A stretch of 34,032 bases of DNA from positions 1 through 34,032 of the forward strand of contig JBCCBF010000001.1 in the NCBI GenBank assembly GCA_039814445.1, read 5' to 3'. Shown one piece after another: positions 18,759-27,284 of the stretch. Below the pieces are notes generated by a model, which was not told the origin of the DNA, searched no databases, and saw only the letters and a list, made by a program, of their open reading frames with translations. This DNA comes from Pseudomonadota bacterium. GTDB lineage: Bacteria > Pseudomonadota > Alphaproteobacteria > TMED2. Position numbers and translations under genes: made by a program. How positions within the stretch are numbered: position 1 is the stretch's first letter; every line of letters starts with the position of its first letter.

Positions 18759-19544
18759 TTATACCGTGGCTAAATCCTCGCCGCCGTAGAATGCCTGCAT
18801 GAAATACAGCCCGTCAGACGGGGCGGTTTGCCCGGCGGCAGACCGGTCCTTGGCATGCAGGATATCGGTCATCGCGTCGGGCTTGGTGGTGCCCCAGCCA
18901 ATATCTTTGAGTGTACCGGTCATGTTGCGCACTTGGTGGTGCAGAAACGAGCGGGCTGCCACATCGATCCAGATCTCGTCGCCCTGCTGGCTGACCGTGA
19001 GCTTATCGAGGGTCTTCATGGGCGATTTCGCCTGACAGTGCGTCGCCCGAAAGCTGGTGAAATCATGGTGGCCGAGCAATTGTTTTGCCGCTGCTTGCAT
19101 GGCCGCCACGTCAAGCGGCACCGGTACATGCCAGACCCGGCCGATATCCACCCCCGGCCGGGCGCGCCGGTTTAGGATGCGGTAGCGGTAGGCCCGGCCC
19201 GTGGCTGATAACCGGGCGTGGAACTCATCATCCACGGCCTCGGCGTCGATCACCGCCACCGGCCATTCGCGCATGTGGAAGTTGGTGGCGTCCCGCACGT
19301 CTTTCGCTGAATACCGCGTGGGCAAATCCACATGGGCCACCTGGCCCAGGGCGTGGACACCGGCATCGGTCCGGCCACAGCAATAGACCGTGGGCGGGTT
19401 GCCTAGGAACTGCGCCATGGCGTCCTCGACCACCGCTTGCACGCTGGGGCCATGATCCTGGCGCTGCCAGCCATGGAAGGGCTCACCGTGATATTCGATG
19501 GTCAGCTTCCACCGCTGAGTTGTGGTCTCGACCGCCTCACTCAT
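18759..19544 (-). CDS. truA: tRNA pseudouridine(38-40) synthase
   Basis: Catalytic motif GRTDAGVHA. The start at ATG 19544 ([20 protein letters not shown]...) forms an ATGA overlap with the fmt stop (19541-19544). The tracked start at 19586 would overlap fmt. Confidence 0.85.
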   Translation of the reverse strand: MSEAVETTTQRWKLTIEYHGEPFHGWQRQDHGPSVQAVVEDAMAQFLGNPPTVYCCGRTDAGVHALGQVAHVDLPTRYSAKDVRDATNFHMREWPVAVIDAEAVDDEFHARLSATGRAYRYRILNRRARPGVDIGRVWHVPVPLDVAAMQAAAKQLLGHHDFTSFRATHCQAKSPMKTLDKLTVSQQGDEIWIDVAARSFLHHQVRNMTGTLKDIGWGTTKPDAMTDILHAKDRSAAGQTAPSDGLYFMQAFYGGEDLATV

Positions 19545-20467
19545 GGCAGAACATCGCCGATTTTGATTTGCTTGGCCCCGTTCCAAAACGCCGCCCCATC
19601 CACCGCCGCTTTGCCTGGGCGCTGCAGCTTATCAAGCCGCAGGGCCGTGCCGTCACCACAGGCCACGACCACGTTCTTGTCCAGGATGGTGCCGGGTTTA
19701 GCGCCCGCGTCACCGTCAACCGGCATCGCCGCGTGGATCTTGATCGTCTGCCCTTCCATCTCAGCCGTGCTGCCCGGCCAGGGCCGAAATGCCCGAATGC
19801 GCCGGGCGATCATCGCCGCCGGTTGATACCAATCAATGCGGCTCTCGGCCTTGTCCAGCTTCTCAGCATAGGTCACACCGGTCGCCGGCTGCGGCGTCGC
19901 CGGCAAGTCACCGGCTTCGAGCTTGGCCAGGGCTTCCACGATCAGCTTAGCCCCCATCTGGGCCAGGCCATCATGCAAGCTCCCGGCATCATCCTCATCG
20001 GTGATCGGCAACCGATCGATCAGCAGCATATCGCCGGTATCAAGGCCCTCATCCATCTGCATGATGGTAATGCCCGTCTCCTCATCCCCCGCCGCAATCG
20101 CCCGCTGTATCGGTGCGGCCCCCCGCCACCGGGGCAGCAGTGAGGCGTGGATGTTAAAGCAACCGTGCCGGGGGGCCTCCAGGATCGGTGTCGGCAGGAT
20201 CAAGCCATAGGCCACGACCACCGCCAGATCGAGATCGAGCGCGGCAAATTCCGCTTGCACCTCAGCGGGTTTAAGGGATGTAGGTGTCCGCACGTTAAGG
20301 CCATGGGCCAAGGCCGCCTTATGCACCGGTGATGGCTGCTCCTTATGCCCACGCCCCGCCTTGCGCGGCGGCTGGGAATAGACGCAAGCCACCTCATGGC
20401 CCGCCTGGACTAGGGCGTCCAAGGCCAATACCGAAAAATCCGGTGTGCCCATAAAGGCGATACGCAT
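19541..20467 (-). CDS. fmt: Methionyl-tRNA formyltransferase
   Basis: [13 protein letters not shown]..., [18 protein letters not shown]. It lies downstream of def. Confidence 0.9.
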   Translation of the reverse strand: MRIAFMGTPDFSVLALDALVQAGHEVACVYSQPPRKAGRGHKEQPSPVHKAALAHGLNVRTPTSLKPAEVQAEFAALDLDLAVVVAYGLILPTPILEAPRHGCFNIHASLLPRWRGAAPIQRAIAAGDEETGITIMQMDEGLDTGDMLLIDRLPITDEDDAGSLHDGLAQMGAKLIVEALAKLEAGDLPATPQPATGVTYAEKLDKAESRIDWYQPAAMIARRIRAFRPWPGSTAEMEGQTIKIHAAMPVDGDAGAKPGTILDKNVVVACGDGTALRLDKLQRPGKAAVDGAAFWNGAKQIKIGDVLP

Positions 20468-20518
20468 AGGCGAAGCAGTCCTTACATGTATAAGACAGAG
20501 GCCCGACGCATGGGCTGG

Positions 20519-21040
20519 TTACGCCGCGCCATGGTGTTGCTTGATATATTTCTGGGCCTTTTTGATCAGCATGTTTCGGCGCAGACCCGACAAGTAATCG
20601 ACAAACAGCACCCCGTCCAGATGGTCCATCTCATGCTGGATGACGGTGGCGAGGAAGCCATCGGCTTCGATCTCATGCTGTTTGCCGTTCTCATCCAGGT
20701 AGCGCACGGTGACCACCGCGGGGCGTTCGATGTCGGCGTACTGTTCGGGCACCGAGAGGCAGCCTTCGTTAAAGCTGCTTTTCGCCTCCGACGCGGCGAT
20801 GATCTCGGGGTTGATGATCTTAAACGGCCGCGGCGTTTCCTCAGGCTCAGCCGGGTCGAGCACCAACAGCCGTTCGGTCACCCCCACCTGGGGGCCTGCC
20901 AAGCCCACGCCGGGTGCGTCATACATGGTTTCGAGCATGTCATCGAGCAGCCGGCGGTGCTCATCGGTGACCGCTGTCACCGGCGTACATTTCACCCGCA
21001 AGCGCTTATCGGGAACGGTCACAATCGGGAGTAAGGCCAT
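20519..21040 (-). CDS. def: Peptide deformylase
   Basis: All three signature motifs are present: GVGLAGPQVG, EGCLSVP and QHEMDHLDG. Confidence 0.92.
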   Translation of the reverse strand: MALLPIVTVPDKRLRVKCTPVTAVTDEHRRLLDDMLETMYDAPGVGLAGPQVGVTERLLVLDPAEPEETPRPFKIINPEIIAASEAKSSFNEGCLSVPEQYADIERPAVVTVRYLDENGKQHEIEADGFLATVIQHEMDHLDGVLFVDYLSGLRRNMLIKKAQKYIKQHHGAA

Positions 21041-21112
21041 AATCCTTGCCGCCTGTTAAATCTCGAGATGGCCAAGACCTAGCTATTTAGCCGGTCAGGT
21101 CAAGGCAAACCG

Positions 21113-22465
21113 TTAGGCAGCGCCCTCGATCGGTGTGTTGTCATCGCCCTCGGCTTGGGTACGGCGCGGGGTGTTTTCGATGCTGCTGAGGGTGATGGCT
21201 TTGGGCGTTTCATCCTCGCTGGGCGCTTCCAGCTCGGCCATTTTGCGGGCGGCGGGGAGCACGCGGCTTTCCACCGAGGCGACGAAGTCGTTATAGCCGC
21301 TAACGGCACTGGTCAGGCCCTTGCCCACCTTGTTCATGTGTCCGGCCATGGTGCCCAGGCGGTCATAGAGCACCTTGCCTTGTTCGGCGATCTTGCGTGC
21401 GTTGTCGGCGATGCTCTCCTGGCGCCAGCCGAAATGCACGGCGCGTAAGAGCGCGAGCAGAGTAGTCGGCGTAGCGATGATCACCTGGTTGTCCATGCCT
21501 TCCTGGATCAGCCCGGGGCGGTGGTCCAGGGCGACTGAGAAGTAATGCTCACCGGGCATAAACAGCACAACGAATTCGGGGCTGTAATCTAGTTTCTTCC
21601 AGTATGACTTACTGCCCAGATCCTTCACATGCTTGGCCACGGCGGCGGCGTGTTCTTGATGGAAGCGTTTGGCCTCATCGGGGTGTTCGGCGGCTTTTAA
21701 GAAGGCATCGAGCGGGACTTTAGCGTCCACGGCGATCCGTTGGCCGCCGGGGAGCTTCACCACCATATCGGGCAGCTGGCGCTTACCCTCGTCATCAAGC
21801 ATGGATTGCTGCTCGGTGAAATCCACATGGGCCAGCATCCCGGCCATCTCCACCACATTGCGCAGTTGTAGCTCACCCCAGTTGCCCCGGTGCTTGGTGT
21901 TACGCAGGGCGTTGTTCAACTTTGACGTCTCATCGCGCAGCACCTGGTGCTGTTCGCCCATGCTTTTCACTTGCTCTTGCAGGGCGGTGTAAGCGCCGTG
22001 GCGGTCTTTCTCCAACTGGCTCAACTGCTCGCGCATCTGGCCTAGGTTTTCCTGCATGGGTTTGACCAGGGCGGCGATGGCTTCTTGGCGTTTGTCCAGA
22101 TCTCCACCGCTGGCCTCACTCAAGCGTTTGAAGCGTTCCTCGGCGGTTTGCAGGAACTTCTCGGTGCTCCCGGCGAGTGCCTTACCGGCCAGGGCCTCGA
22201 AGGTGTCAGCCATGCCCTTTTTCGCTTCATCATAGGCTTGTTGGCGGGCTTCCGCCTGGGCGCGGAGTTCGGCGTTACGAGCCTCCAGCTGGGTGTTGGC
22301 CTGTTGCAGGCTATCGACCTCGTCTTCGAGTTTCTCCCGCTCGGCCTCGACCAGCTCAAGCTGGCCCTTGGCACGGCCCGTGAGCGCTTGGACGATCGCG
22401 GCGGCGATGATGGCGCCGAGCACGGCACCGATGGCGATGGATAGGGGGTCGATGGCAAAGGCCAA
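21113..22465 (-). CDS. rmuC: DNA recombination protein RmuC
   Basis: N-terminal TM helix, a long coiled coil (EAEREKLEDEVDSLQQANTQLEARNAELRAQAEARQ), and a C-terminal RmuC-type domain (LPDMVVKLPGGQRIAVDAKVPLDAF...FVVLFMPGE). Confidence 0.8.
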   Translation of the reverse strand: MAFAIDPLSIAIGAVLGAIIAAAIVQALTGRAKGQLELVEAEREKLEDEVDSLQQANTQLEARNAELRAQAEARQQAYDEAKKGMADTFEALAGKALAGSTEKFLQTAEERFKRLSEASGGDLDKRQEAIAALVKPMQENLGQMREQLSQLEKDRHGAYTALQEQVKSMGEQHQVLRDETSKLNNALRNTKHRGNWGELQLRNVVEMAGMLAHVDFTEQQSMLDDEGKRQLPDMVVKLPGGQRIAVDAKVPLDAFLKAAEHPDEAKRFHQEHAAAVAKHVKDLGSKSYWKKLDYSPEFVVLFMPGEHYFSVALDHRPGLIQEGMDNQVIIATPTTLLALLRAVHFGWRQESIADNARKIAEQGKVLYDRLGTMAGHMNKVGKGLTSAVSGYNDFVASVESRVLPAARKMAELEAPSEDETPKAITLSSIENTPRRTQAEGDDNTPIEGAA

Positions 22466-22491
22466 GGCTTACGCTCCGTTTTGTGACGTGA

Positions 22492-23424
22492 TTAATAGGC
22501 GGGCGGATCGCGCAGGATTAGCGTCCCGGCACCACCCTCGGTGAAGATCTCTAGCAGCAGCGAATGGGGTTTGCGGCCATCCAGGATCACCGCGGCCTCA
22601 CCACCATCCTCAATCGATTGAATACAGGTCTCGATTTTGGGGATCATACCGCCTGAGATCGTGCCGTCCTTGATCCGCGCCCGGGCCTCACTGACGGTCA
22701 TCTCCTCGATCAGTTTGCCCGCCTGGTCCAACACGCCGGGCACATCGGTGAGCAGCAACAGGCGAGCCGCCCCAATGGCCCCCGCCACGGCACCGGCGGC
22801 GGTATCGGCGTTGATATTCAGGGTTTCGCCATCGGGGCCAATACCAATGGGCGCGATCACCGGGATCAGGTTCGAGCGCTCAAAGATCGCCAGGATTTCC
22901 GGGTCCACTTGCTCCGGCTCACCAACAAACCCCAGGTCAAGGATCTTCTCGATATTGCTGTCGGTATCATGGGTCTTGCGCCCCAGACGCCGGGCGCGGA
23001 TCATGGTGCCGTCCTTACCGCAGATACCCACCGCCTTGCCGCCCGCCTCATTGATCGAGGCCACCACCTGTTTGTTGATCGACCCGGCCAGAACCATTTC
23101 CACCACATCCACAGCGTCCCGGTCCGTGACCCGCAACCCGTCGATGAACTCGGACTGTATCTTCAGCCGGTCGAGCATCTTGCCAATCTGAGGCCCACCG
23201 CCATGGACGACAACGGGGTGGATACCCACCTGCTTGAGCAACACGATATCCCGGGCAAAGCGGTCACCAAGATCCGCATCCCCCATGGCACTGCCGCCAT
23301 ACTTCACCACAAAGGTCCGCTTGGCATAGCGCCGCATATAAGGCAGCGCCTCGGACAAAACACGGGCCTTGGACAAGGCGTCCAGATCAGCGGTGGCGGC
23401 GATTAGGTCAGGTTCATCAGACAT
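22492..23424 (-). CDS. argB: Acetylglutamate kinase
   Basis: Amino-acid-kinase motifs [20 protein letters not shown] and [17 protein letters not shown]. Confidence 0.9.
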   Translation of the reverse strand: MSDEPDLIAATADLDALSKARVLSEALPYMRRYAKRTFVVKYGGSAMGDADLGDRFARDIVLLKQVGIHPVVVHGGGPQIGKMLDRLKIQSEFIDGLRVTDRDAVDVVEMVLAGSINKQVVASINEAGGKAVGICGKDGTMIRARRLGRKTHDTDSNIEKILDLGFVGEPEQVDPEILAIFERSNLIPVIAPIGIGPDGETLNINADTAAGAVAGAIGAARLLLLTDVPGVLDQAGKLIEEMTVSEARARIKDGTISGGMIPKIETCIQSIEDGGEAAVILDGRKPHSLLLEIFTEGGAGTLILRDPPAY

Positions 23425-23641
23425 CAGTGGGACCCTCGGGGTCAGCGTTCATATTCTGGCCGACACCCTAACCACAAGCGGGAGCCAGGACCAGGCATGG
23501 CCGGTCGTGGCTCAGCGCTTATCAACAGACAGAACAGAAAATCTTGTGGCGACAAAGGGATAGCGATGATCGATGGTGACGCGGTGTCCTGACACCACGG
23601 CCTATGGCGGTACACGGAGCGTCCGTACCGATGTTTCACGT

Positions 23642-23654
23642 AAACGATTCGTTT
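23642..23654. promoter_or_regulatory. 13-nt perfect palindrome AAACGATTCGTTT centred on a GANTC site, upstream of the RTX gene
   Basis: A perfect inverted repeat read directly from the sequence, 52-64 nt upstream of ATG 23706 in the 280-bp argB/RTX divergent intergenic region. Its function is unknown. Confidence 0.3.
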
Positions 23655-23705
23655 CTGTGATAAGCATAGGGCGCTGATTGAACGCACCCTCGGAAAGCAC
23701 GAGCC

Positions 23706-26522
23706 ATGGCCACCATTACTGTCACCACAGCGACTGATGAACAAAACGGCACGGGGCTAGTATCCCTGCGTGAGGCGATCTCCAGCGCTGCGCCTGGAGA
23801 TACGGTGGTGTTCGACAGCAGCCTCAATGGCAGCACGATCAATTTGCAAAGCTCCCTGGGCCAGATTGAATTAAGCCAAGGGGTCACGATTGACGCGAGC
23901 GCTTTAACCTCGGGCATTACGGTGGATGGCGGCGATGCCATCCGGCTGTTTTATGTCAACGCCACCGGTCAAACCGTGGCGATAAACGGCGTCACCCTGA
24001 ACAACGGCCTAGCCCGGGGCGGCAATGGCGGGACTTATACGAGCAGTGATGCCGCAGGCGGCGGCGGTGGTCTGGGCGCTGGCGGTGCCCTGTTTGTACA
24101 AGCTGGCAGCGTTGATCTGACCAATGTGACCTTCGACAGCTCCGCCGCCAATGGCGGTAATGGCGGTACAGGCCAAGCGTCAACTGGTGATCGGAGCGGT
24201 GCTGGTGGGGGCGGCCTTGGGGGTGATGGCGGCATAGGTCTTTTCACTGGCGGCGGTGGCGGCGGCGGCCGTTTGCCCACTGAGAATGGGTCAAATTCTT
24301 CCGGCTCGAGCGCCGGCGGTGGTGGCGGCAACGGTGGCAATGGTGGGGGCAACGGCAATGATGGCGATGATGGCGGCTTCGGCGGCGGCGGCGGCGGCGG
24401 CAGCGACCAGTTTCCTGGTGCCAATGGTGGTACTGGCGGTTTTGGCGGCGGCGGCGGTGGCGGTGGGGCGCAGACTGGCAATGAGGGCGGCAATGGCGGT
24501 TTTGGCGGCGGTGGCGGTGGCGGAGATGGCGGCGGGCTTGCTGGCCTTGGCGGCGGCAACAGCTCGAACCTTAACGGTGAATCAGCCGGCGGCGGTGCCG
24601 GGCTTGGTGGGGCGATTTTCGTTCTGGGTGGCACCGACACTGACCTGGATTTCTTCTTCACAGCCAATGCGACCCAAGGCAACGGCAATAGCGTCAATGG
24701 CGGCGCAGCAGGTGGAACAGGCGCGCAAGCAGGTCAGGCAACCGGTGGCTTTTTATTTGCTCACGGCACGAACAACGATATCGACATCGATGTGGGCAGC
24801 GGGGTCGAATACACGCTCCAGGGCGTCATCGCTGATGAAACAGCGATCACCGATAGTGGCGGCACGGCGGGCACCAATACCACCGGGATCAACAAATCCG
24901 GCGCGGGTATCCTGACGCTGAATGATGATGCTATCGGCGACATCAACGGGAATATCACCAGTACGGCGGGTGATGTACGGCTGACCGGCACGATCACCAG
25001 TGACGCCGCCCTGATCGCCAATGGCACTGGCCGCGTGGTCGGCAGTGCGACGACCAACCAGTCGGTAACGATCAATTCTGGCGGCACGATTTCGGGCGGC
25101 ACCGCGGCCACATCCAATGTAGGCACGCTGAGCACCGGTAATCTCACTGTCGCGGCAGGCGGTACGGTTCTGGTCAACGGGCTTAACAGCAAAACGGCAG
25201 GTACAGGCTATGACCAACTGGCGATCACTGGCACGGTGGACATTAGCGGCTCCACCCTATCCCTGGTGCTCGACAGCAATTTCAGCCAGTCTTCCACTAT
25301 CGGCGATGTGCTGGTGATCCTCACCAATGATGGCACTGACGCCATCACTGGTACCTTCGCTGGCCTGGCCGAAGGCGCGACCATCACCCAAGGCACGGAA
25401 AGCTTCACCATCTCCTACGCCCAGGGCACCGATAACAACAATATCGCCCTGACCTATACCGCGACCACCGCATCACCACCGGCCACGACCACCCCCGCAC
25501 CAAGCCCACCACCCGAGCTACCATCACTGCCAACCGGGTCAGATGGCGATGATCTATTCGCCCTGGTACCGGGGGGCGAGACGAACTACGCCGCTGGCGA
25601 GGGCGCTGACACGGTTCTCGGCAGCGTCGAGGCCGAGGTTATCTACGGCAACCAAGGCAATGATAGCGTCACCGGCGGTGGCGGGAGTGATCTGCTTTAT
25701 GGCGGGCAAGGCCAGGACAGCCTTGCGGGCGGGGCCGATAACGACACCCTGTTCGGCAATGTGGGTGATGACAGCCTCGCCGGCGGTGACGGGGCGGATT
25801 CCGTCCTCGGCGGCCTGGGCAATGACATCGTCGGCGGCGGCGATGGTGATGATGTGGTCTATGGCAACCTTGGCGACGATCAGCTGCGCGGCGATGCCGG
25901 CGGCGATACGCTGTTTGGTGGTCAGGGCGCTGATCTGGCCTATGGCAACGAGGGCAATGACGGCCTGCTGGGTGGCGAGGGTGCCGACACGCTCTATGGC
26001 GGCCAAGGCGATGACCTCATCAATGGTGGCGCTGGTAATGACATTCTATTCGGTGGCGCTGGTAATGACGGGATGTTCGGCGGCGGTGGCGATGACAATA
26101 TGGTCGGCGGTACCGGGCGTGTCAGCATGAATGGCGGTGACGGCGCCGACACCATCAGCGCCCTGATTGACGGGGCTGATCAACGGATAAGTTTGAGCGG
26201 CCCGGCAGACCCAGATGATCCAGCGACCCGTGATGGCTTTATTGACCACACGTTAACCGGTGGCGGCGGTGCTGATGTGTTCATCATCGGCGATAGCTTC
26301 GATTTCTTTGGTACCGGGGGTGAGGGACAGATTGCCGGAAAGATTAGGATTACCGATTACGATCGCAGCGAAGGTGACGTGATCGCGCTGCCGAGCACCA
26401 TGGAAATTCGAACCCAAACCTTCACCGAAGAGGGGTTAGAGCTTACGCTGGCCTTTGGGACCGTGGTCACGCTTGTGGGCGTGACAGACATTGGGTTCGG
26501 CCCCGTCATTTTGACGTTCTAG
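23706..26522 (+). CDS. Large leaderless secreted repeat protein: CSLREA/PMP-like beta-helix head, hyper-Gly tract, passenger-type beta-strand repeats, Pro/Thr linker and 19 RTX nonapeptides (probable type I secretion substrate)
   Basis: 938 aa with no N-terminal signal peptide (MATITVTTATDEQNGTGLVSLREAISSAAPGDTVVF is a CSLREA-like motif). GGALFV / GGAIFV plus FxxN motifs resemble PMP repeats. INKSGAGILTLNDD and YDQLAITGTVDISGSTLSLVL...ILTNDGTDAITGTFAGLAEGATITQG...NNIALTY resemble autotransporter-passenger repeats. A PPATTTPAPSPPPELPSLP linker precedes 19 consecutive GGxGxDxxx units and a non-repeat C-terminal tail. Confidence 0.85.
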   Translation: MATITVTTATDEQNGTGLVSLREAISSAAPGDTVVFDSSLNGSTINLQSSLGQIELSQGVTIDASALTSGITVDGGDAIRLFYVNATGQTVAINGVTLNNGLARGGNGGTYTSSDAAGGGGGLGAGGALFVQAGSVDLTNVTFDSSAANGGNGGTGQASTGDRSGAGGGGLGGDGGIGLFTGGGGGGGRLPTENGSNSSGSSAGGGGGNGGNGGGNGNDGDDGGFGGGGGGGSDQFPGANGGTGGFGGGGGGGGAQTGNEGGNGGFGGGGGGGDGGGLAGLGGGNSSNLNGESAGGGAGLGGAIFVLGGTDTDLDFFFTANATQGNGNSVNGGAAGGTGAQAGQATGGFLFAHGTNNDIDIDVGSGVEYTLQGVIADETAITDSGGTAGTNTTGINKSGAGILTLNDDAIGDINGNITSTAGDVRLTGTITSDAALIANGTGRVVGSATTNQSVTINSGGTISGGTAATSNVGTLSTGNLTVAAGGTVLVNGLNSKTAGTGYDQLAITGTVDISGSTLSLVLDSNFSQSSTIGDVLVILTNDGTDAITGTFAGLAEGATITQGTESFTISYAQGTDNNNIALTYTATTASPPATTTPAPSPPPELPSLPTGSDGDDLFALVPGGETNYAAGEGADTVLGSVEAEVIYGNQGNDSVTGGGGSDLLYGGQGQDSLAGGADNDTLFGNVGDDSLAGGDGADSVLGGLGNDIVGGGDGDDVVYGNLGDDQLRGDAGGDTLFGGQGADLAYGNEGNDGLLGGEGADTLYGGQGDDLINGGAGNDILFGGAGNDGMFGGGGDDNMVGGTGRVSMNGGDGADTISALIDGADQRISLSGPADPDDPATRDGFIDHTLTGGGGADVFIIGDSFDFFGTGGEGQIAGKIRITDYDRSEGDVIALPSTMEIRTQTFTEEGLELTLAFGTVVTLVGVTDIGFGPVILTF
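24015..24632 (+). repeat. GGN-codon low-complexity tract encoding the hyper-glycine segment of the RTX protein
   Basis: Residues about 104-309. Runs such as GGGGGGG, GGFGGGGGGG and GGNGGNGGGNG occur. By my hand count about 57% Gly over residues about 165-302. The DNA consists of irregular GGC/GGT repeats, e.g. ggcggcggcggcggcggc near 24381. Confidence 0.85.
25647..26159 (+). repeat. RTX (hemolysin-type Ca2+-binding) nonapeptide array, 19 consecutive 27-nt units
   Basis: GNQGNDSVT GGGGSDLLY GGQGQDSLA GGADNDTLF GNVGDDSLA GGDGADSVL GGLGNDIVG GGDGDDVVY GNLGDDQLR GDAGGDTLF GGQGADLAY GNEGNDGLL GGEGADTLY GGQGDDLIN GGAGNDILF GGAGNDGMF GGGGDDNMV GGTGRVSMN GGDGADTIS. Confidence 0.9.
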
Positions 26523-26540
26523 GCAATAAACTGAGGCGCC

Positions 26541-27248
26541 ATGAAAACCGCCCTAAAGACTATCGGCCTGATCGGCGGGATCAGCTGGGAAAGCACCGTT
26601 GTCTATTACCAGCTACTCAACCGCGCCGTCCGCGCGCGGTTGGGGGGCTTGCACTCGGCCAAGATCCTGCTGCATTCGGTGGAGTTTGATGAGGTGGCAG
26701 GATACCAGGCGGCTGGTGATTGGGACCGGGCTGGTGACGTGATGGTCGAGGCCGCGCAATCGGTCGAGCGCGGCGGCGCCGATTGCCTGCTGATCGGGGC
26801 CAACACCATGCATCTCTGCGCCGATGCGGTGATGGCGGCTGTGGACATACCCCTGATCCATATCGCCGATGTGACGGCGGCCGCGATCAAGCAGGCGGGC
26901 TGTCAAAACCCACTCCTGCTCGCCACCCGTTACACCATGGAAAAAGACTTCTACAAAGGCCGGTTACACGACCAGCATGGGGTAACCGCCTGCATTCCTG
27001 AGGCGGACGAGCGGACGGTGATCCATGACATCATCTACCGCGAATTGTGCCAGGGCATTATCGAACCAGGCTCCAAAGATGCTTACCGCCAGATCATTGA
27101 TAAGCATAGGCAGGGCGGGGCCGATGGCGTGATCTTTGGTTGTACCGAGATCGGCCTGTTGCTAGATCAGGGCGATGTCAGCCTGCCGGTGTTCGACACC
27201 ACGGCCTTACACGCGGCGGCGGCAGTGGATTTTGCCCTCAGCGCTTAA
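26541..27248 (+). CDS. ygeA: Asp/Glu/hydantoin racemase family protein, YgeA-type broad-specificity amino-acid racemase
   Basis: 235 aa. IGLIGGISWESTVVYYQ, RLGGLHSAKILLHSVEF, LIGANTMH, LLATRYTMEKDFYKGRL and VIFGCTEIGLL closely follow E. coli YgeA as I remember it. A GAGG Shine-Dalgarno lies 4 nt before the ATG, and the gap after the RTX stop is only 18 nt. Confidence 0.8.
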   Translation: MKTALKTIGLIGGISWESTVVYYQLLNRAVRARLGGLHSAKILLHSVEFDEVAGYQAAGDWDRAGDVMVEAAQSVERGGADCLLIGANTMHLCADAVMAAVDIPLIHIADVTAAAIKQAGCQNPLLLATRYTMEKDFYKGRLHDQHGVTACIPEADERTVIHDIIYRELCQGIIEPGSKDAYRQIIDKHRQGGADGVIFGCTEIGLLLDQGDVSLPVFDTTALHAAAAVDFALSA

Positions 27249-27284
27249 GGCCTGAGCTTCTTACAACAAAGCCCGTTTGCACCG

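Noticed and set aside
19085-20143. A 352-aa plus-strand ORF antisense to truA and fmt.
   Set aside because: It is an Arg/Pro/Gly-rich translation typical of antisense frames in GC-rich coding DNA. It lies fully inside two well-supported genes with clear catalytic motifs.
20486-21059. Plus-strand ORFs of 182 aa and 116 aa antisense to def.
   Set aside because: def carries all three diagnostic motifs on the minus strand, and the antisense products have no recognisable features.
22637-23406. Plus-strand ORFs of 184 aa and 165 aa antisense to argB.
   Set aside because: The argB assignment is strong, and the antisense ORFs are Ser/Pro/Arg-rich shadows.
23442-23744. A 100-aa minus-strand ORF and a 64-aa plus-strand ORF (23369-23563) filling the argB/RTX intergenic region.
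   Set aside because: Neither has a Shine-Dalgarno or recognisable motifs. The composition is Cys/Arg/Ser-rich and atypical, and both overlap flanking real genes. The region is more plausibly promoter or operator DNA.
24035-24915. A 220-aa Pro-rich ORF on the minus strand (24035-24697) and a 219-aa Ala-rich ORF at +1 (24256-24915).
   Set aside because: Both are frame echoes of the GGN triplet tract of the RTX gene: GGC read in reverse gives GCC/CCG. Neither has an independent start context, and both are low complexity only.
25647-26159. Regular 27-nt periodicity that could superficially resemble a repeat-spacer array.
   Set aside because: It is the in-frame RTX nonapeptide array (GGxGxDxxx) of a long ORF. 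There are no alternating unique spacers and no cas genes.
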